Shown: positions 49,885-59,870 of the stretch, one piece after another
Position numbering within the stretch: position 1 is the stretch's first letter
Layout of the letters: the number at the start of each line of letters is the position of its first letter
Source of the DNA: an uncultured Candidatus Saccharibacteria bacterium
GTDB taxonomy: Bacteria > Patescibacteriota > Saccharimonadia > Saccharimonadales > JACQNP01
Direction of reading: 5' to 3'
NCBI GenBank assembly: GCA_964610775.1
Contig: CAZSZC010000004.1
Location: 1 to 63,712 of the forward strand
DNA length: 63,712 nt
The notes under the pieces: generated by a model
Databases searched by the model: none
Told to the model about the DNA's origin: nothing
The model's input: the letters and a program-made list of their open reading frames with translations, nothing else
Made by a program: the position numbers and the translations under genes

Positions 49885-50720
49885 ATACCGCTCCCTAAAC
49901 CATCTATATTGGGTGTATCAAAAATGACCTCTGTTTTGGCTATACCTGCTCTACCGCCTATCAGTATAGCAGCCTGTCTTTTATCGGAGGCGTCCGTTAA
50001 ACACATCAGAATTCCGCCAGGCCTGTTAACATTTGACGCATCCCATCCATTAACTAAACCATAAGACTTAATATCTGTAGCAAGTTGTTGCCGCGATTCC
50101 GTAAAGGTCGTCCCTCCCATGGGTACAATATCAACCTGGCCTCCGCTAGTGTTCCCTGACAACTTTGACATAACCGCAAAAGCACTCATATTTATTGGGG
50201 TTGATGAGTTAACGACCGTTATCTTATTAACCTTAAGCCCCCATTTGGTTTGGTAAGTCTCTGTTAAATTTGGAATAGCGGCATCATTGGTGTCGGGCGC
50301 TACAGCAGTAGGTGTTGCTTCTGCTATTGTTTGAGAATTATGTCCATTAACCTGTCGCTTACCAACTACAGTTAGTGTGTCAATTAAATCACGGTTAGCT
50401 GAACTTCCATTGGCTGCAATTACTTTACCCAAGAACACACAATCCTTCCGAGTGCCCTGTTGAGTGCCACCATTTGCCTCAATTTTTATGCTGTTAGTGT
50501 TATCAACGTAACATTTTATATCACTGCTTGGAAAATAACCCGTTGATACATCATTAATAACATCCTGAATTTTATTATCCAGGTCACGAACTGATTCAGA
50601 AAATCGTACATTATCTTGCCTACCAATAAAAGTTGGTACTATAAGTGCAAACAAAACACCACTGACTGCCAAAAAAATCAATGACTCCAAAATTGTATAG
50701 CCTGCGCTAGGGCGCTTCAT
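49875..50720 (-). CDS. FimT/GspH-like minor pilin
   Basis: AG|YTILESL prepilin motif. Confidence 0.85.
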   Translation of the reverse strand: MKRPSAGYTILESLIFLAVSGVLFALIVPTFIGRQDNVRFSESVRDLDNKIQDVINDVSTGYFPSSDIKCYVDNTNSIKIEANGGTQQGTRKDCVFLGKVIAANGSSANRDLIDTLTVVGKRQVNGHNSQTIAEATPTAVAPDTNDAAIPNLTETYQTKWGLKVNKITVVNSSTPINMSAFAVMSKLSGNTSGGQVDIVPMGGTTFTESRQQLATDIKSYGLVNGWDASNVNRPGGILMCLTDASDKRQAAILIGGRAGIAKTEVIFDTPNIDGLGSGICS

Positions 50721-50753
50721 AAGGATAAGTATAACATAAGCACATTGATTCTA

Positions 50754-51596
50754 TCAGGGATAGATGAGGTTCTTATACAGGTTAATCATACTCGATCCGT
50801 TAAGTACTACTATATAGGTAGCAAGTAGCAAAAAAGGTCCGAACGGTATATGTATATTCTTCTTATATTTGCCAACAATCAGTAATAACAATGCATAGGC
50901 ACACCCAAGCAGCGAAGCCATAAATAGCATCAACATCGAGTTGATTGGTGTTAGCAATAAAAGACCGAGAGGAAAGCCTAGCTTAACATCACCACCACCT
51001 ATCCATTTACCATCCGAAATCTGATATAAGACATAAAACAGGCCACCCGAAACGAGAATAGCAAGCACAAGTTGAAAGACGGTGCTCAATGGATTGTCGG
51101 ATTTTACTATATATAGTCCGGCATAAAATATCGCGATGATTGAGAATATTTTTACAAGCCTATCGGGCAAAAGCATCCACTTAAAGTCATATACAGACAA
51201 TGCTACCCCAACAACCGTGGCAGATAAGAACATTCCGATCTGAATAATACCGAATGACCAACTGTCTAAATTACTAGGCCACGATAAATATACAACCACG
51301 AAAAGCAAAGCAGTTAACATTTCTACCGACGGATACTGCCAAGAGATGGGTTTACTGCAATACCTGCATTTGCCACCCAGTGTCAGCCAACTTATAACTG
51401 GAAGAAGATCTTTTGTAGAGAGAGTGTGTTTGCAATTAGGACACATGGAACGTCCACTTACGACCGATATCTCTTTATCGCTAGCAGCTCTCTTTTTCTT
51501 TGGTTTCGACTGTTCATGTATGCGCCACACAAGCGCATTCACAAAACTACCGAAACACACACCCAGCACAAAAAAAATGACAATTAATAAATCCAT
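50754..51596 (-). CDS. pilD: Prepilin peptidase
   Basis: GSFVN, RSMCPNC, GKCRYC, catalytic YD and GGGD, IPFGPFL. Confidence 0.96.
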   Translation of the reverse strand: MDLLIVIFFVLGVCFGSFVNALVWRIHEQSKPKKKRAASDKEISVVSGRSMCPNCKHTLSTKDLLPVISWLTLGGKCRYCSKPISWQYPSVEMLTALLFVVVYLSWPSNLDSWSFGIIQIGMFLSATVVGVALSVYDFKWMLLPDRLVKIFSIIAIFYAGLYIVKSDNPLSTVFQLVLAILVSGGLFYVLYQISDGKWIGGGDVKLGFPLGLLLLTPINSMLMLFMASLLGCAYALLLLIVGKYKKNIHIPFGPFLLLATYIVVLNGSSMINLYKNLIYP

Positions 51597-51645
51597 TTTT
51601 GTATCTTACCGTAATTGCCAGCAATACCCCAAGATTAAAGTGCTG

Positions 51646-52212
51646 CTAGTTACCAGAAACACAGTAAATAGCGCCACCCTCGAGTTTTGCCATAAGAATA
51701 TAATCATTAGTGCTTCCGGCTACAGCGCTCTCACCGCTGCAACTATATCCATTTTTGTAGTAAATTAACTTGGTTTGATTTGGTGGACCTACTGCAGCTA
51801 CCTCGGCGTTGATTGAAGCTGCATCAGGCTGAAGTGAGTAAACAATTCTAGAATTTTCACCGGACAGTGGATCGGTTATGTTAACTTCACAGGCATCGAA
51901 TAGGTCGGCGTTGTAAACAATATTCCACCAGTTAGTTGACCCCACACAGCCCAAATAGCGATCCATAAAGCCAACCATGCCGGCAAGGTTCGTGGGAATC
52001 TTTCCACCATTATTACCTTTATAACTACCTATTTCTGTAGACATTCTATTAACCACACTCTTCCTAGCTGTATTCCTCTGGTTCCTCTGTAGCTGAGGGA
52101 TTGCAATAAGCACAATCACCAAGATCAATGCTGCAATAGCAAGCACAATCAAGACTTCAATAATAGTGAAGCCTTCATTTCTTTTTTTAATATCAGTTAG
52201 TTTACGTAGCAT
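51646..52212 (-). CDS. pilA: Type IV major pilin, copy 2
   Basis: EG|FTIIEVLIVLAIAALIL; ATG at 52212. Confidence 0.92.
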   Translation of the reverse strand: MLRKLTDIKKRNEGFTIIEVLIVLAIAALILVIVLIAIPQLQRNQRNTARKSVVNRMSTEIGSYKGNNGGKIPTNLAGMVGFMDRYLGCVGSTNWWNIVYNADLFDACEVNITDPLSGENSRIVYSLQPDAASINAEVAAVGPPNQTKLIYYKNGYSCSGESAVAGSTNDYILMAKLEGGAIYCVSGN

Positions 52213-52224
52213 TTGCAAATGCCC
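52067..52224. repeat. 158-bp exact direct repeat (pilin 5' end), copy A
   Basis: Identical to 52755-52912 (offset 688). Confidence 0.97.
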
Positions 52225-52333
52225 ACCCAGCATAGCTATTTTATAATCAATATATGGATTGATTATAGCACGTCATATAATAAATAAAGCGAGATAAACT
52301 CGCTCTATTTATTAGCATTAGATAAAGCTTATT

Positions 52334-52900
52334 CTAATGATTGTCTAGACAGTATCTTGCACCACCCTCTAGTGGAATTACTAGAGCGTAGTTCCTGCCA
52401 CTAGCTCCAGTTGTAGTTACGTTTTCTGGTGCTGCTGGGTCACACACATAGCCAACATAGTAGCCCATGTCATCTGTTGTAGTTGGTGTGTTAGGTGGAT
52501 AGGCGGCGGCGGTTGGAGCGGTAGCTACGTTTGCCGCAACAGGGGTATAAGGTTTACCGGTGCTTGGGTTATTAATATTAGTGGAACAAGTTGTGGCGCC
52601 CGTACAACCAAGATATCTGTTGAAGAAACCTGTTGTTGCTGGTGTTCCAAGATTATTGTTTCCAGCCGCAACGCTAGCAACGGGTAATTGGCCATTGTTG
52701 TTACCAGCATAGCTACTTATTTCCGTTGCAATTCTAGAACCTACATCCTTACGGGCTGTATTCCTCTGGTTCCTCTGTAGCTGAGGGATTGCAATAAGCA
52801 CAATCACCAAGATCAATGCTGCAATAGCAAGCACAATCAAGACTTCAATAATAGTGAAGCCTTCATTTCTTTTTTTAATATCAGTTAGTTTACGTAGCAT
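52334..52900 (-). CDS. pilA: Type IV major pilin, copy 1
   Basis: EG|FTIIEVL; TTGCAA-17-TATCAT promoter (52946-52974). Confidence 0.93.
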   Translation of the reverse strand: MLRKLTDIKKRNEGFTIIEVLIVLAIAALILVIVLIAIPQLQRNQRNTARKDVGSRIATEISSYAGNNNGQLPVASVAAGNNNLGTPATTGFFNRYLGCTGATTCSTNINNPSTGKPYTPVAANVATAPTAAAYPPNTPTTTDDMGYYVGYVCDPAAPENVTTTGASGRNYALVIPLEGGARYCLDNH

Positions 52901-52912
52901 TTGCAAATGCCC
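52755..52912. repeat. 158-bp exact direct repeat, copy B
   Basis: Identical to 52067-52224. Confidence 0.97.
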
Positions 52913-52978
52913 CCTTTGCATTTATTGTTTAACGCTTATGTTTAGATGATATACACTACTATGACAATTTGCAATAGT

Positions 52979-54199
52979 TTATTTACCGAAGCCACTCTGT
53001 CCAACTAGCCCATAAATCGGCATCATGATCGCCGCTACAAGACCAAACGCTACTACTCCTAGTACTACCATCATAACTGGCTCAATTATTGTCGAGATAG
53101 TTTTAATTTGATTATCCACTTCCTTTTCGTAATAGTCAGCCGTCTTGCCCAACATTTGTTCTATAGAACCTGATTCTTCACCGATTTTAAGCATATTTGG
53201 CACCAGATCCAGGAAGTTTGGGTCACCTGATATAGAATCAGATAACGCCTTCCCACCCTTTACCTTCTCGGTAGCTTTCTTAACAGACTCTTCGATATGA
53301 AGATTATTGACCGATTTACCGACAATCTCAAGTGTCTGAATTAGTGGAACGCCTGCCGCAACTAACGTTTCTGAAGTCCTAGCAAAACGAGCCATATACA
53401 TTTTCATGAACAATGGTCCAACAGGCCAAGCTTTCATCTTGAATTTATCTATGTAGCGCTTGCCTCCCAGAGTTCGGGCCCAACGCGTCAAGAAGAAACC
53501 TAGAACAACTACTACAATTAGTTCTATCCACCAATATTTACGGGTAAACGCCGAGAAGGCTAGGAGCGCCTTAGTTATAAACGGCAACTTGGCGCCCTTT
53601 ATACCCTTATAGACTTCTTCTACTTGTGGCAAAACTTTCAAAACCATAAAGCCAATTACGAAAACCATAACTAACAAAACAACGGCTGGATAGACCATAG
53701 CGCCACGAACTTTACTAATAATCTCGGCGTCCTTTTCTTGCTGATCAGCTATCCTTGCCAAAGATTTATCGAGCGTACCAGAAGTCTCACCGGCAGCTAC
53801 AAGGTTAATGAAAACCGGGTCAAATACTAATGGATGCTTGGCCAAGCCTTCCGAAAAAGCTTTACCTGCCTCCACGTCTGTAATTACTTCGTTTATTACT
53901 ATTTGAAAATTCTTGTTAGTAGTTTGATTGGAAACGTTGCGTAAACTTTGAACAAGCGGCAGACCAGCATTAATCAGTGTAGATAGCTGGCGCGAAAACA
54001 ATACCTTGTCTTTGGTTTTGACACGCTTAAAAAATTTGCCGCCAGGCACACCTTTCTCGCCTTGTGCTTTGATGTCAAGTAGGGCCAAGCCATTTTGTTT
54101 GACCAACTTAGCAGCTGCTCGCTCATCGGCAGCCTGGACCTGAGACTTTACCTTCTCACCTGTTTTAGGATCACGAGCCGTATATTGATAAGTAAGCAT
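52979..54199 (-). CDS. pilC: T4P platform protein (PilC/GspF)
   Basis: FSRQLSTLINAGLPL, AGETSGTL, AMVYP, IGEESG, IEP. Confidence 0.97.
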   Translation of the reverse strand: MLTYQYTARDPKTGEKVKSQVQAADERAAAKLVKQNGLALLDIKAQGEKGVPGGKFFKRVKTKDKVLFSRQLSTLINAGLPLVQSLRNVSNQTTNKNFQIVINEVITDVEAGKAFSEGLAKHPLVFDPVFINLVAAGETSGTLDKSLARIADQQEKDAEIISKVRGAMVYPAVVLLVMVFVIGFMVLKVLPQVEEVYKGIKGAKLPFITKALLAFSAFTRKYWWIELIVVVVLGFFLTRWARTLGGKRYIDKFKMKAWPVGPLFMKMYMARFARTSETLVAAGVPLIQTLEIVGKSVNNLHIEESVKKATEKVKGGKALSDSISGDPNFLDLVPNMLKIGEESGSIEQMLGKTADYYEKEVDNQIKTISTIIEPVMMVVLGVVAFGLVAAIMMPIYGLVGQSGFGK

Positions 54200-54200
54200 T

Positions 54201-55274
54201 TTAGCCTCGCATTAACCTTTCGAGTTCATCAAGATCAACAGCGTAATTCCGAGCCTCTTCGTAGCTAATAGTACCGTTATGAATTAATCCAACTAGTGTT
54301 TTATCCATTGAAGCCATACCGAACTCGGCACCCGTCTGAATAACTGCTTCGAGCTGATGGCTCTTGCCTTCGCGAATAATATTTCGTACAGCCGGAGTTG
54401 CAATCATAATCTCTGCAGCCGCGACACGCCCGCCACCGATCATTGGTACTAAACGCTGCGAACAAATAGCCATAAGGATATTAGCTAACTGAGCCCTAAT
54501 TTGTGGCTGTTGATGAGGTGGGAATACGTCAATCATACGGTCAATACTCTGGGCGGCTGAGTTAGTATGCAAAGTGGCAAAAACTAAGTGACCAGTTTCA
54601 GCAATCGTAATAGCTGCGGCTATTGTTTCTAGGTCGCGCATTTCTCCAATTAGCACTACGTCTGGGTCTTGTCGCAAACTACTACGAAGTGCAGCGGAAA
54701 ACGAATAGGTATCATAATGGACTTCTCTCTGCACAATAACCGACTTAATAGATTTATGCGTAAACTCAATAGGATCTTCAATAGTTACAATATGTGTTGC
54801 TCGTTCAACGTTAATCTTGTGAACTAAAGCTGCTAAAGATGTTGATTTACCTGAACCCGTCGGTCCCGTAACCAGCACAAGACCACGAGGATAATCAGCA
54901 AACTTGCTAACTATTGTCGGTAATCCTAGTTGTTCAATAGTAAGTATCTCGCTAGGTATCAAACGCAAAGCTGCTGCCAAATTGCCACGTTCATGAAACG
55001 CATTAACACGGAACCTACCGAGGTCACCAAAGGCAAAACTAAAGTCAAACTCTTTGTCTTTTAGTAGTATTTGCTTTTGATCATCATCCAAAATGGCGAA
55101 TATTAACGTTTCTACCGTTTCTTCGGTGAGTGCTTCGTTACCCGCAACTGGCGTCAAGGATCCATCGACGCGTAACATAGGTGGCAAGCCAACCTGTAGG
55201 TGAAGATCAGAGGCCTTGCGCTTGATGACCTCTTCTAAAAGGATTTCTATTCTTGGTTGTGATTGTGATGCCAC
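54201..55274 (-). CDS. pilT: T4P retraction ATPase
   Basis: ASDLHL, GPTGSGKST, EDPIE, RQDPD, ETGH, TLHT; GTG at 55274 with a GAGGGA SD. Confidence 0.96.
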   Translation of the reverse strand: MASQSQPRIEILLEEVIKRKASDLHLQVGLPPMLRVDGSLTPVAGNEALTEETVETLIFAILDDDQKQILLKDKEFDFSFAFGDLGRFRVNAFHERGNLAAALRLIPSEILTIEQLGLPTIVSKFADYPRGLVLVTGPTGSGKSTSLAALVHKINVERATHIVTIEDPIEFTHKSIKSVIVQREVHYDTYSFSAALRSSLRQDPDVVLIGEMRDLETIAAAITIAETGHLVFATLHTNSAAQSIDRMIDVFPPHQQPQIRAQLANILMAICSQRLVPMIGGGRVAAAEIMIATPAVRNIIREGKSHQLEAVIQTGAEFGMASMDKTLVGLIHNGTISYEEARNYAVDLDELERLMRG

Positions 55275-55296
55275 CCTTATTCCCTCGCTTACCTTT

Positions 55297-57075
55297 CTAT
55301 GCTTCTGCTGCCGCGACACGATTAACTTCTTGTAGTGTTGTCTGCCCTGCTAAAGCTTTTAAATACCCGTCCTGACGCATACTAACCATACCCTGCTCAG
55401 CTTGCGCAACCTTTTGAATTTCAGTACTGGTTGCACGTTTGATGATAAGATCCTGAATGGCTTCTGATACCTCAAAAACCTCATACAGACCCATTCTTCC
55501 TTTGTAACCGCCAGGTGCATCAGGCGTGTCTTTGCCCTTGTACAAAGTATAAGCGTTTTGACCCATAAGAGGCAAGTCCTCATAGCCTAAGTCTTTTGAG
55601 ACATCCACAACCTCTTCTTGTGTAGTGGGTAATAAACCAGCTAGATTTGAATGAATTGCTTCTACTTCGTTTGCATCCGATTGGTATTGTTCCTTGTCGG
55701 TGCCTATTCGCCGAACAAGGCGCTGACCAATTACAGTATGTACGGTACTAGCTATTAAAAATGGCTCAATACCCATATCAAGTAGACGAGGCAAGATACC
55801 CGCTGCCGAATTAGTGTGAAGTGTAGAAAACACCAAATGCCCAGTCAAGGCCGCCTGGACAGCCAATGTAGCTGTCTCGCGATCACGAATTTCCCCGACC
55901 ATTACAACGTCAGGGTCCTGACGCAAAATCGAACGTAGGCCATTGGCAAAAGTCAGTCCAACCTCATTATTAACCTGAATCTGGTTTATGCCAGCCATTT
56001 TATATTCGACAGGGTCTTCTAGGGTAACAATATTGATTTCGTCATTCATAATTTCCTGAATAAGAGCATAAAGAGAAGTTGATTTACCTGATCCAGTTGG
56101 ACCCGACGTTAGGATCATGCCATTTGGACGCTCTAAGCCTTTACGAATCGTCCTAAGGGCGCGGCCATGATAGCCCATGTCCTCTAACTTAAGGCTGGTA
56201 CCCGACTTATCCAGTAGACGAATAACCACCTGCTCTCCCCATACAACTGGAGAAATTGCTATACGAAGATCAATATCCTTATCTAAAACCTTAATAGTAA
56301 ACTGTCCGTCCTGGGGAACGCGATGCTCATCTATCTTTAGAGTTGCCAATATCTTAATACGCGATACCAGTGGCGCCTCTGTACTCTTAGGTAGCTTCAT
56401 AATCTCGCGCAACACACCATCAATCCTACAGCGTATTTTAAGTACTTTCTCTAGAGGCTCGATATGTATATCACTAGCTCGATTATTAGCAGCATACTCC
56501 AATATTGCTGACAGAGCTTTACTTATTGGCGAATCCTGAACGATCGTTTTGATGTTCTTTTCTTTGCCCTTAGGACCCTGTAGCTCTTCAACGACATCAG
56601 GAGCAAGTGCATCAGTAACTTCTTCACCAATCTGAGTTTGATATTGTTTAAGCACATTCCTTATACCGTCTTCACTAGCCGCATAAACTTTTAGGGGTCG
56701 ACCAATCTTATTTGATAAAAAATCTACAGCCTGAACATTGTCGGCATCAAGCATACCAACAACTAGACGGTTCTGCATTTCGCCTAACGGCACTGCCATA
56801 TAGTGCTCTGCAATGTCTTGAGGCAGCAAAGCCAGAATATTTTCATCAACGAAAGCGTTGCTAAGATTTACATAAGGTACATGGTTGATCTCAGCTAGAA
56901 TTTTGGTCAACAACTCACTTGTTATGTGACCATCACTAACAAGTAAGGTTAGAAACGGCGTACCTTCAGTATCCGCCTTTTTATGTGCCTCAGCTAACTC
57001 GTTCTCGGTTATGTAGCCACCTTTAATAAGTTCCTGCTCCACATTTGACTGTGTTTCGGCAGATAAGACGCTCAC
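55297..57075 (-). CDS. pilB: T4P assembly ATPase (PilB/GspE)
   Basis: ASDIHIEP, PQDG, GPTGSGKS, EDPVE, RQDPD, GEIRD, TLHTN. Confidence 0.97.
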   Translation of the reverse strand: MSVLSAETQSNVEQELIKGGYITENELAEAHKKADTEGTPFLTLLVSDGHITSELLTKILAEINHVPYVNLSNAFVDENILALLPQDIAEHYMAVPLGEMQNRLVVGMLDADNVQAVDFLSNKIGRPLKVYAASEDGIRNVLKQYQTQIGEEVTDALAPDVVEELQGPKGKEKNIKTIVQDSPISKALSAILEYAANNRASDIHIEPLEKVLKIRCRIDGVLREIMKLPKSTEAPLVSRIKILATLKIDEHRVPQDGQFTIKVLDKDIDLRIAISPVVWGEQVVIRLLDKSGTSLKLEDMGYHGRALRTIRKGLERPNGMILTSGPTGSGKSTSLYALIQEIMNDEINIVTLEDPVEYKMAGINQIQVNNEVGLTFANGLRSILRQDPDVVMVGEIRDRETATLAVQAALTGHLVFSTLHTNSAAGILPRLLDMGIEPFLIASTVHTVIGQRLVRRIGTDKEQYQSDANEVEAIHSNLAGLLPTTQEEVVDVSKDLGYEDLPLMGQNAYTLYKGKDTPDAPGGYKGRMGLYEVFEVSEAIQDLIIKRATSTEIQKVAQAEQGMVSMRQDGYLKALAGQTTLQEVNRVAAAEA

Positions 57076-57078
57076 AAA

Positions 57079-57318
57079 TTACCTCGCAGGCTGGGTAGGT
57101 TGATTGCCGCCAATAGTGATGGTTTGTGTTGGATTCAACGATTGCTCATTGAAATACTGCTTACTTGGTGCGTTGAAGTCGGTTTTTATTTGTTCTACTA
57201 TTTTTACTTCTTTAGATCGGTTTTTCTTATTCGCAAATAGAGCCTTAGACAAAAAGTAGGAGCCTACGGCAGCTACAAATACTGCCACAATAATTACTAT
57301 CCAATCCTTTTGTTTCAT
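57079..57318 (-). CDS. Small membrane-anchored T4P accessory protein
   Basis: N-terminal TM helix; located between the pilO-like gene and pilB. Confidence 0.75.
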   Translation of the reverse strand: MKQKDWIVIIVAVFVAAVGSYFLSKALFANKKNRSKEVKIVEQIKTDFNAPSKQYFNEQSLNPTQTITIGGNQPTQPAR

Positions 57319-57989
57319 TTTACAACCTCAGTCTTAACTTCAAATTTTTTCTTAGGTTGATAATAAACGCTCAGTTGTGCACTGACATCTAAACTACCAC
57401 TGGAGTCACCACTAAATGTAACCGTTTTTATACTCGCAGGGCGAATTGACCTATCAAGAACATTCAAAAAGTCCTGTGCGCTAGTGAAATTTGCTTTAGC
57501 AGACACGGTATATGGCAATTCAACTGCTGTCGGCGATGCATTGGCGCTTTGCGCAACCTCCTGATCAGACCCGCTAAATGATGGTTCAGTGAAACTTTGT
57601 CCGCTTAAAATCTTATTGAAGCCCGATACTGTTCCTGGGAAATCATATACACTCGGCATGGCATCCAGTGTAATCTTGGCATTGTCACCGTCTTTATCTC
57701 CAGTACCCACAGAACTACCGCCAATTATGTTGGTAGGTTCGCGCACAAACGCTTCGTACGAAGTCTTGAGTTGACTCAATGATTGAATATTTGACTTGAC
57801 CATCTTGGCAGATTTCTCTTGTTCTTTAATTACTTTGCTATTGTACTTGGCTTGCTGCCACAAGGCCTGAACTGCCACAAGTGAAAACACAAAACATGCT
57901 GCAGCTCCAGCGATGGCAATAACCATTAAGGCATTTGCCTTATCGATCTGGATGTGACGAAGCGATACTCGCGCTCTTTCTCCGGCCAT
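57315..57989 (-). CDS. pilO: PilO-like alignment protein
   Basis: TM helix + coiled coil + ferredoxin-like region; position in the operon. Confidence 0.75.
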   Translation of the reverse strand: MAGERARVSLRHIQIDKANALMVIAIAGAAACFVFSLVAVQALWQQAKYNSKVIKEQEKSAKMVKSNIQSLSQLKTSYEAFVREPTNIIGGSSVGTGDKDGDNAKITLDAMPSVYDFPGTVSGFNKILSGQSFTEPSFSGSDQEVAQSANASPTAVELPYTVSAKANFTSAQDFLNVLDRSIRPASIKTVTFSGDSSGSLDVSAQLSVYYQPKKKFEVKTEVVK

Positions 57990-57991
57990 GG

Positions 57992-58687
57992 TTACTGCCC
58001 TCCCGAATTTTGATTTTTATCAATAAATTCTATGTTTGGTTTTTCCGTACTTGAGCGAGTACTAACTATACCTGGAATATTAAGCTCTACCGTTTCAGTG
58101 TTTTTGAATAATATTGGGTCGAATTTCATACTGATAGTAAAGTTTGATTTTCCGGCTTCTGTACTATAGCTAGACAATACAACTTCAGAAAACGCCCTGC
58201 CGGTTTGTTCGTCATTGGGATTGTCTTTCTTGGTGCGATATTCGGCAAATTTTAGTGTATCGACTAATTTATTAGTGCTATTTATATCACTAGTTGTACC
58301 GGATAAGTTAATTATTCCTGTGGTAAAATCAGCATTCAAAGATGTTAGCTTAGCACCAGCAGGAAGTGTTTGGGCAATATAAGGAAGTATTCTAGCTGCT
58401 GCTGGTTTTTCTTCATGTTTGGCATTTATTACCTGTAGTTGATTTTGTACAGTTAATATCTTATCGATCTCGGGCGTCTTCTGGATAGTGCTTATTCCGT
58501 TTTTTATATCTTTTTCTAGGCTATCGGAGCGATGTTTTTGGACGCCAAATACGAAGCCAAACATAATAACAAAAAGTCCAACCGAAACAGCAACAACTAG
58601 AGCCGACAATAACATGACAAATCTCTTATTGCGCTTGGCCTTAATGTACTGAAGTTTGACGTCTGGAAGAAGGTTTAGCTGTACCAT
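57992..58687 (-). CDS. pilN: PilN-like alignment protein
   Basis: N-terminal QLNLLP motif, TM helix, coiled coil. Confidence 0.88.
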   Translation of the reverse strand: MVQLNLLPDVKLQYIKAKRNKRFVMLLSALVVAVSVGLFVIMFGFVFGVQKHRSDSLEKDIKNGISTIQKTPEIDKILTVQNQLQVINAKHEEKPAAARILPYIAQTLPAGAKLTSLNADFTTGIINLSGTTSDINSTNKLVDTLKFAEYRTKKDNPNDEQTGRAFSEVVLSSYSTEAGKSNFTISMKFDPILFKNTETVELNIPGIVSTRSSTEKPNIEFIDKNQNSGGQ

Positions 58688-58692
58688 ATGCT

Positions 58693-59733
58693 CTACTCCG
58701 TCCTCTCCGCCAAACCAACGGCCACACCAAATTGACTAGAAACGGATAGTAGATCGTTTTGTTTGTCCTGACCGTAGCTGACGTTACGCCAGGCGTTACC
58801 AATTTCTACGTTAATACCAAGTTGATTAGCAACATAGAGTGGGAACTCAGGCAGTGTTGATGCGCCACCGGTTACAATAATGCTGGCTATTTTGTTCGTG
58901 GGATAGCGCGTATCAAAGAATTTGATGGACTTCTCTATGTCTGTCATTAACAGATCTATGGTACCGATTATACCTTGGTAGATTTGACCTTCGAGCTTAT
59001 CCTTTGTAAGACCAAACTTAAATACAAATTGTTCAGCTTGCTTTTCATCAATACTTAGATTTTGCATGGCTGCTTTGATTATGGCTTCTGAACCGGTAGG
59101 AATTGCACGAGTAAGTCTTGGTGACCCGTTCATGAGAATTACCAAATCCGTACTCTTACTTCCTATATCCACTACCATCTGAGGGGCTGTCGCATCGGGC
59201 GCAATCATTGCCCTGCTAAGTGCTAAGTTATCAGGCTCGAAAGCAATGACATTCAAACCAATCGATTCAAGCATATCTAACCTGGCTTCAACGAATTCAT
59301 TCGGTACACTTGATAGCAACACCTCTACTTTAGTTTGATCCTTAGGAGAATCACCTAATAAAGCCCAGTCAATTTTTGACTCATCAACTGGAGTTGGAAT
59401 AAGTGAATCAGCTTGGAACTTAATTGTCTGGGCTAGTTCGGCCGGCGATAATCTATCAATATCAACTATAGTCGTAAATACTCTCTGTGACGGCAATCCA
59501 ACGGCTACGTTCTTAGTACTTACGCCGGATTGAGCCACTACATTTCTGATGACTTCAGCAACTTTTTGCTGATCAGCTTTAGAGTCACTCAATACAATGC
59601 GAGAATCTAGTGGGGCAAAGGCATAACGAACCAGAGATTTAACCGGTCCACCACCCGATAGCTGCACTACACGTATAGCGGTAGTCCCTATATCTAAACC
59701 AAAGAAGTCGGATACACCAGTTATCACACTCAT
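58693..59733 (-). CDS. pilM: PilM actin-like protein
   Basis: GLDIGT, VDIGS, TGGAS, VAVGLA. Confidence 0.96.
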   Translation of the reverse strand: MSVITGVSDFFGLDIGTTAIRVVQLSGGGPVKSLVRYAFAPLDSRIVLSDSKADQQKVAEVIRNVVAQSGVSTKNVAVGLPSQRVFTTIVDIDRLSPAELAQTIKFQADSLIPTPVDESKIDWALLGDSPKDQTKVEVLLSSVPNEFVEARLDMLESIGLNVIAFEPDNLALSRAMIAPDATAPQMVVDIGSKSTDLVILMNGSPRLTRAIPTGSEAIIKAAMQNLSIDEKQAEQFVFKFGLTKDKLEGQIYQGIIGTIDLLMTDIEKSIKFFDTRYPTNKIASIIVTGGASTLPEFPLYVANQLGINVEIGNAWRNVSYGQDKQNDLLSVSSQFGVAVGLAERTE

Positions 59734-59870
59734 TCAGTTAAAGCCCTGTTGGTCGTTTTATTTTCAATCATACGTATGTTGTTTCCGAGACCGCTAGCCC
59801 ACCCTGAGCTTTACGTGACTCTTTATGGTTGTGATTATAACATAAGCATTATGATCTTACGCAAGTGTTT

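Noticed and set aside
51646-52921. Invertible pilin shufflon driven by the nearby recombinase
   Set aside because: The repeats are direct and both genes share orientation, so inversion is not possible.
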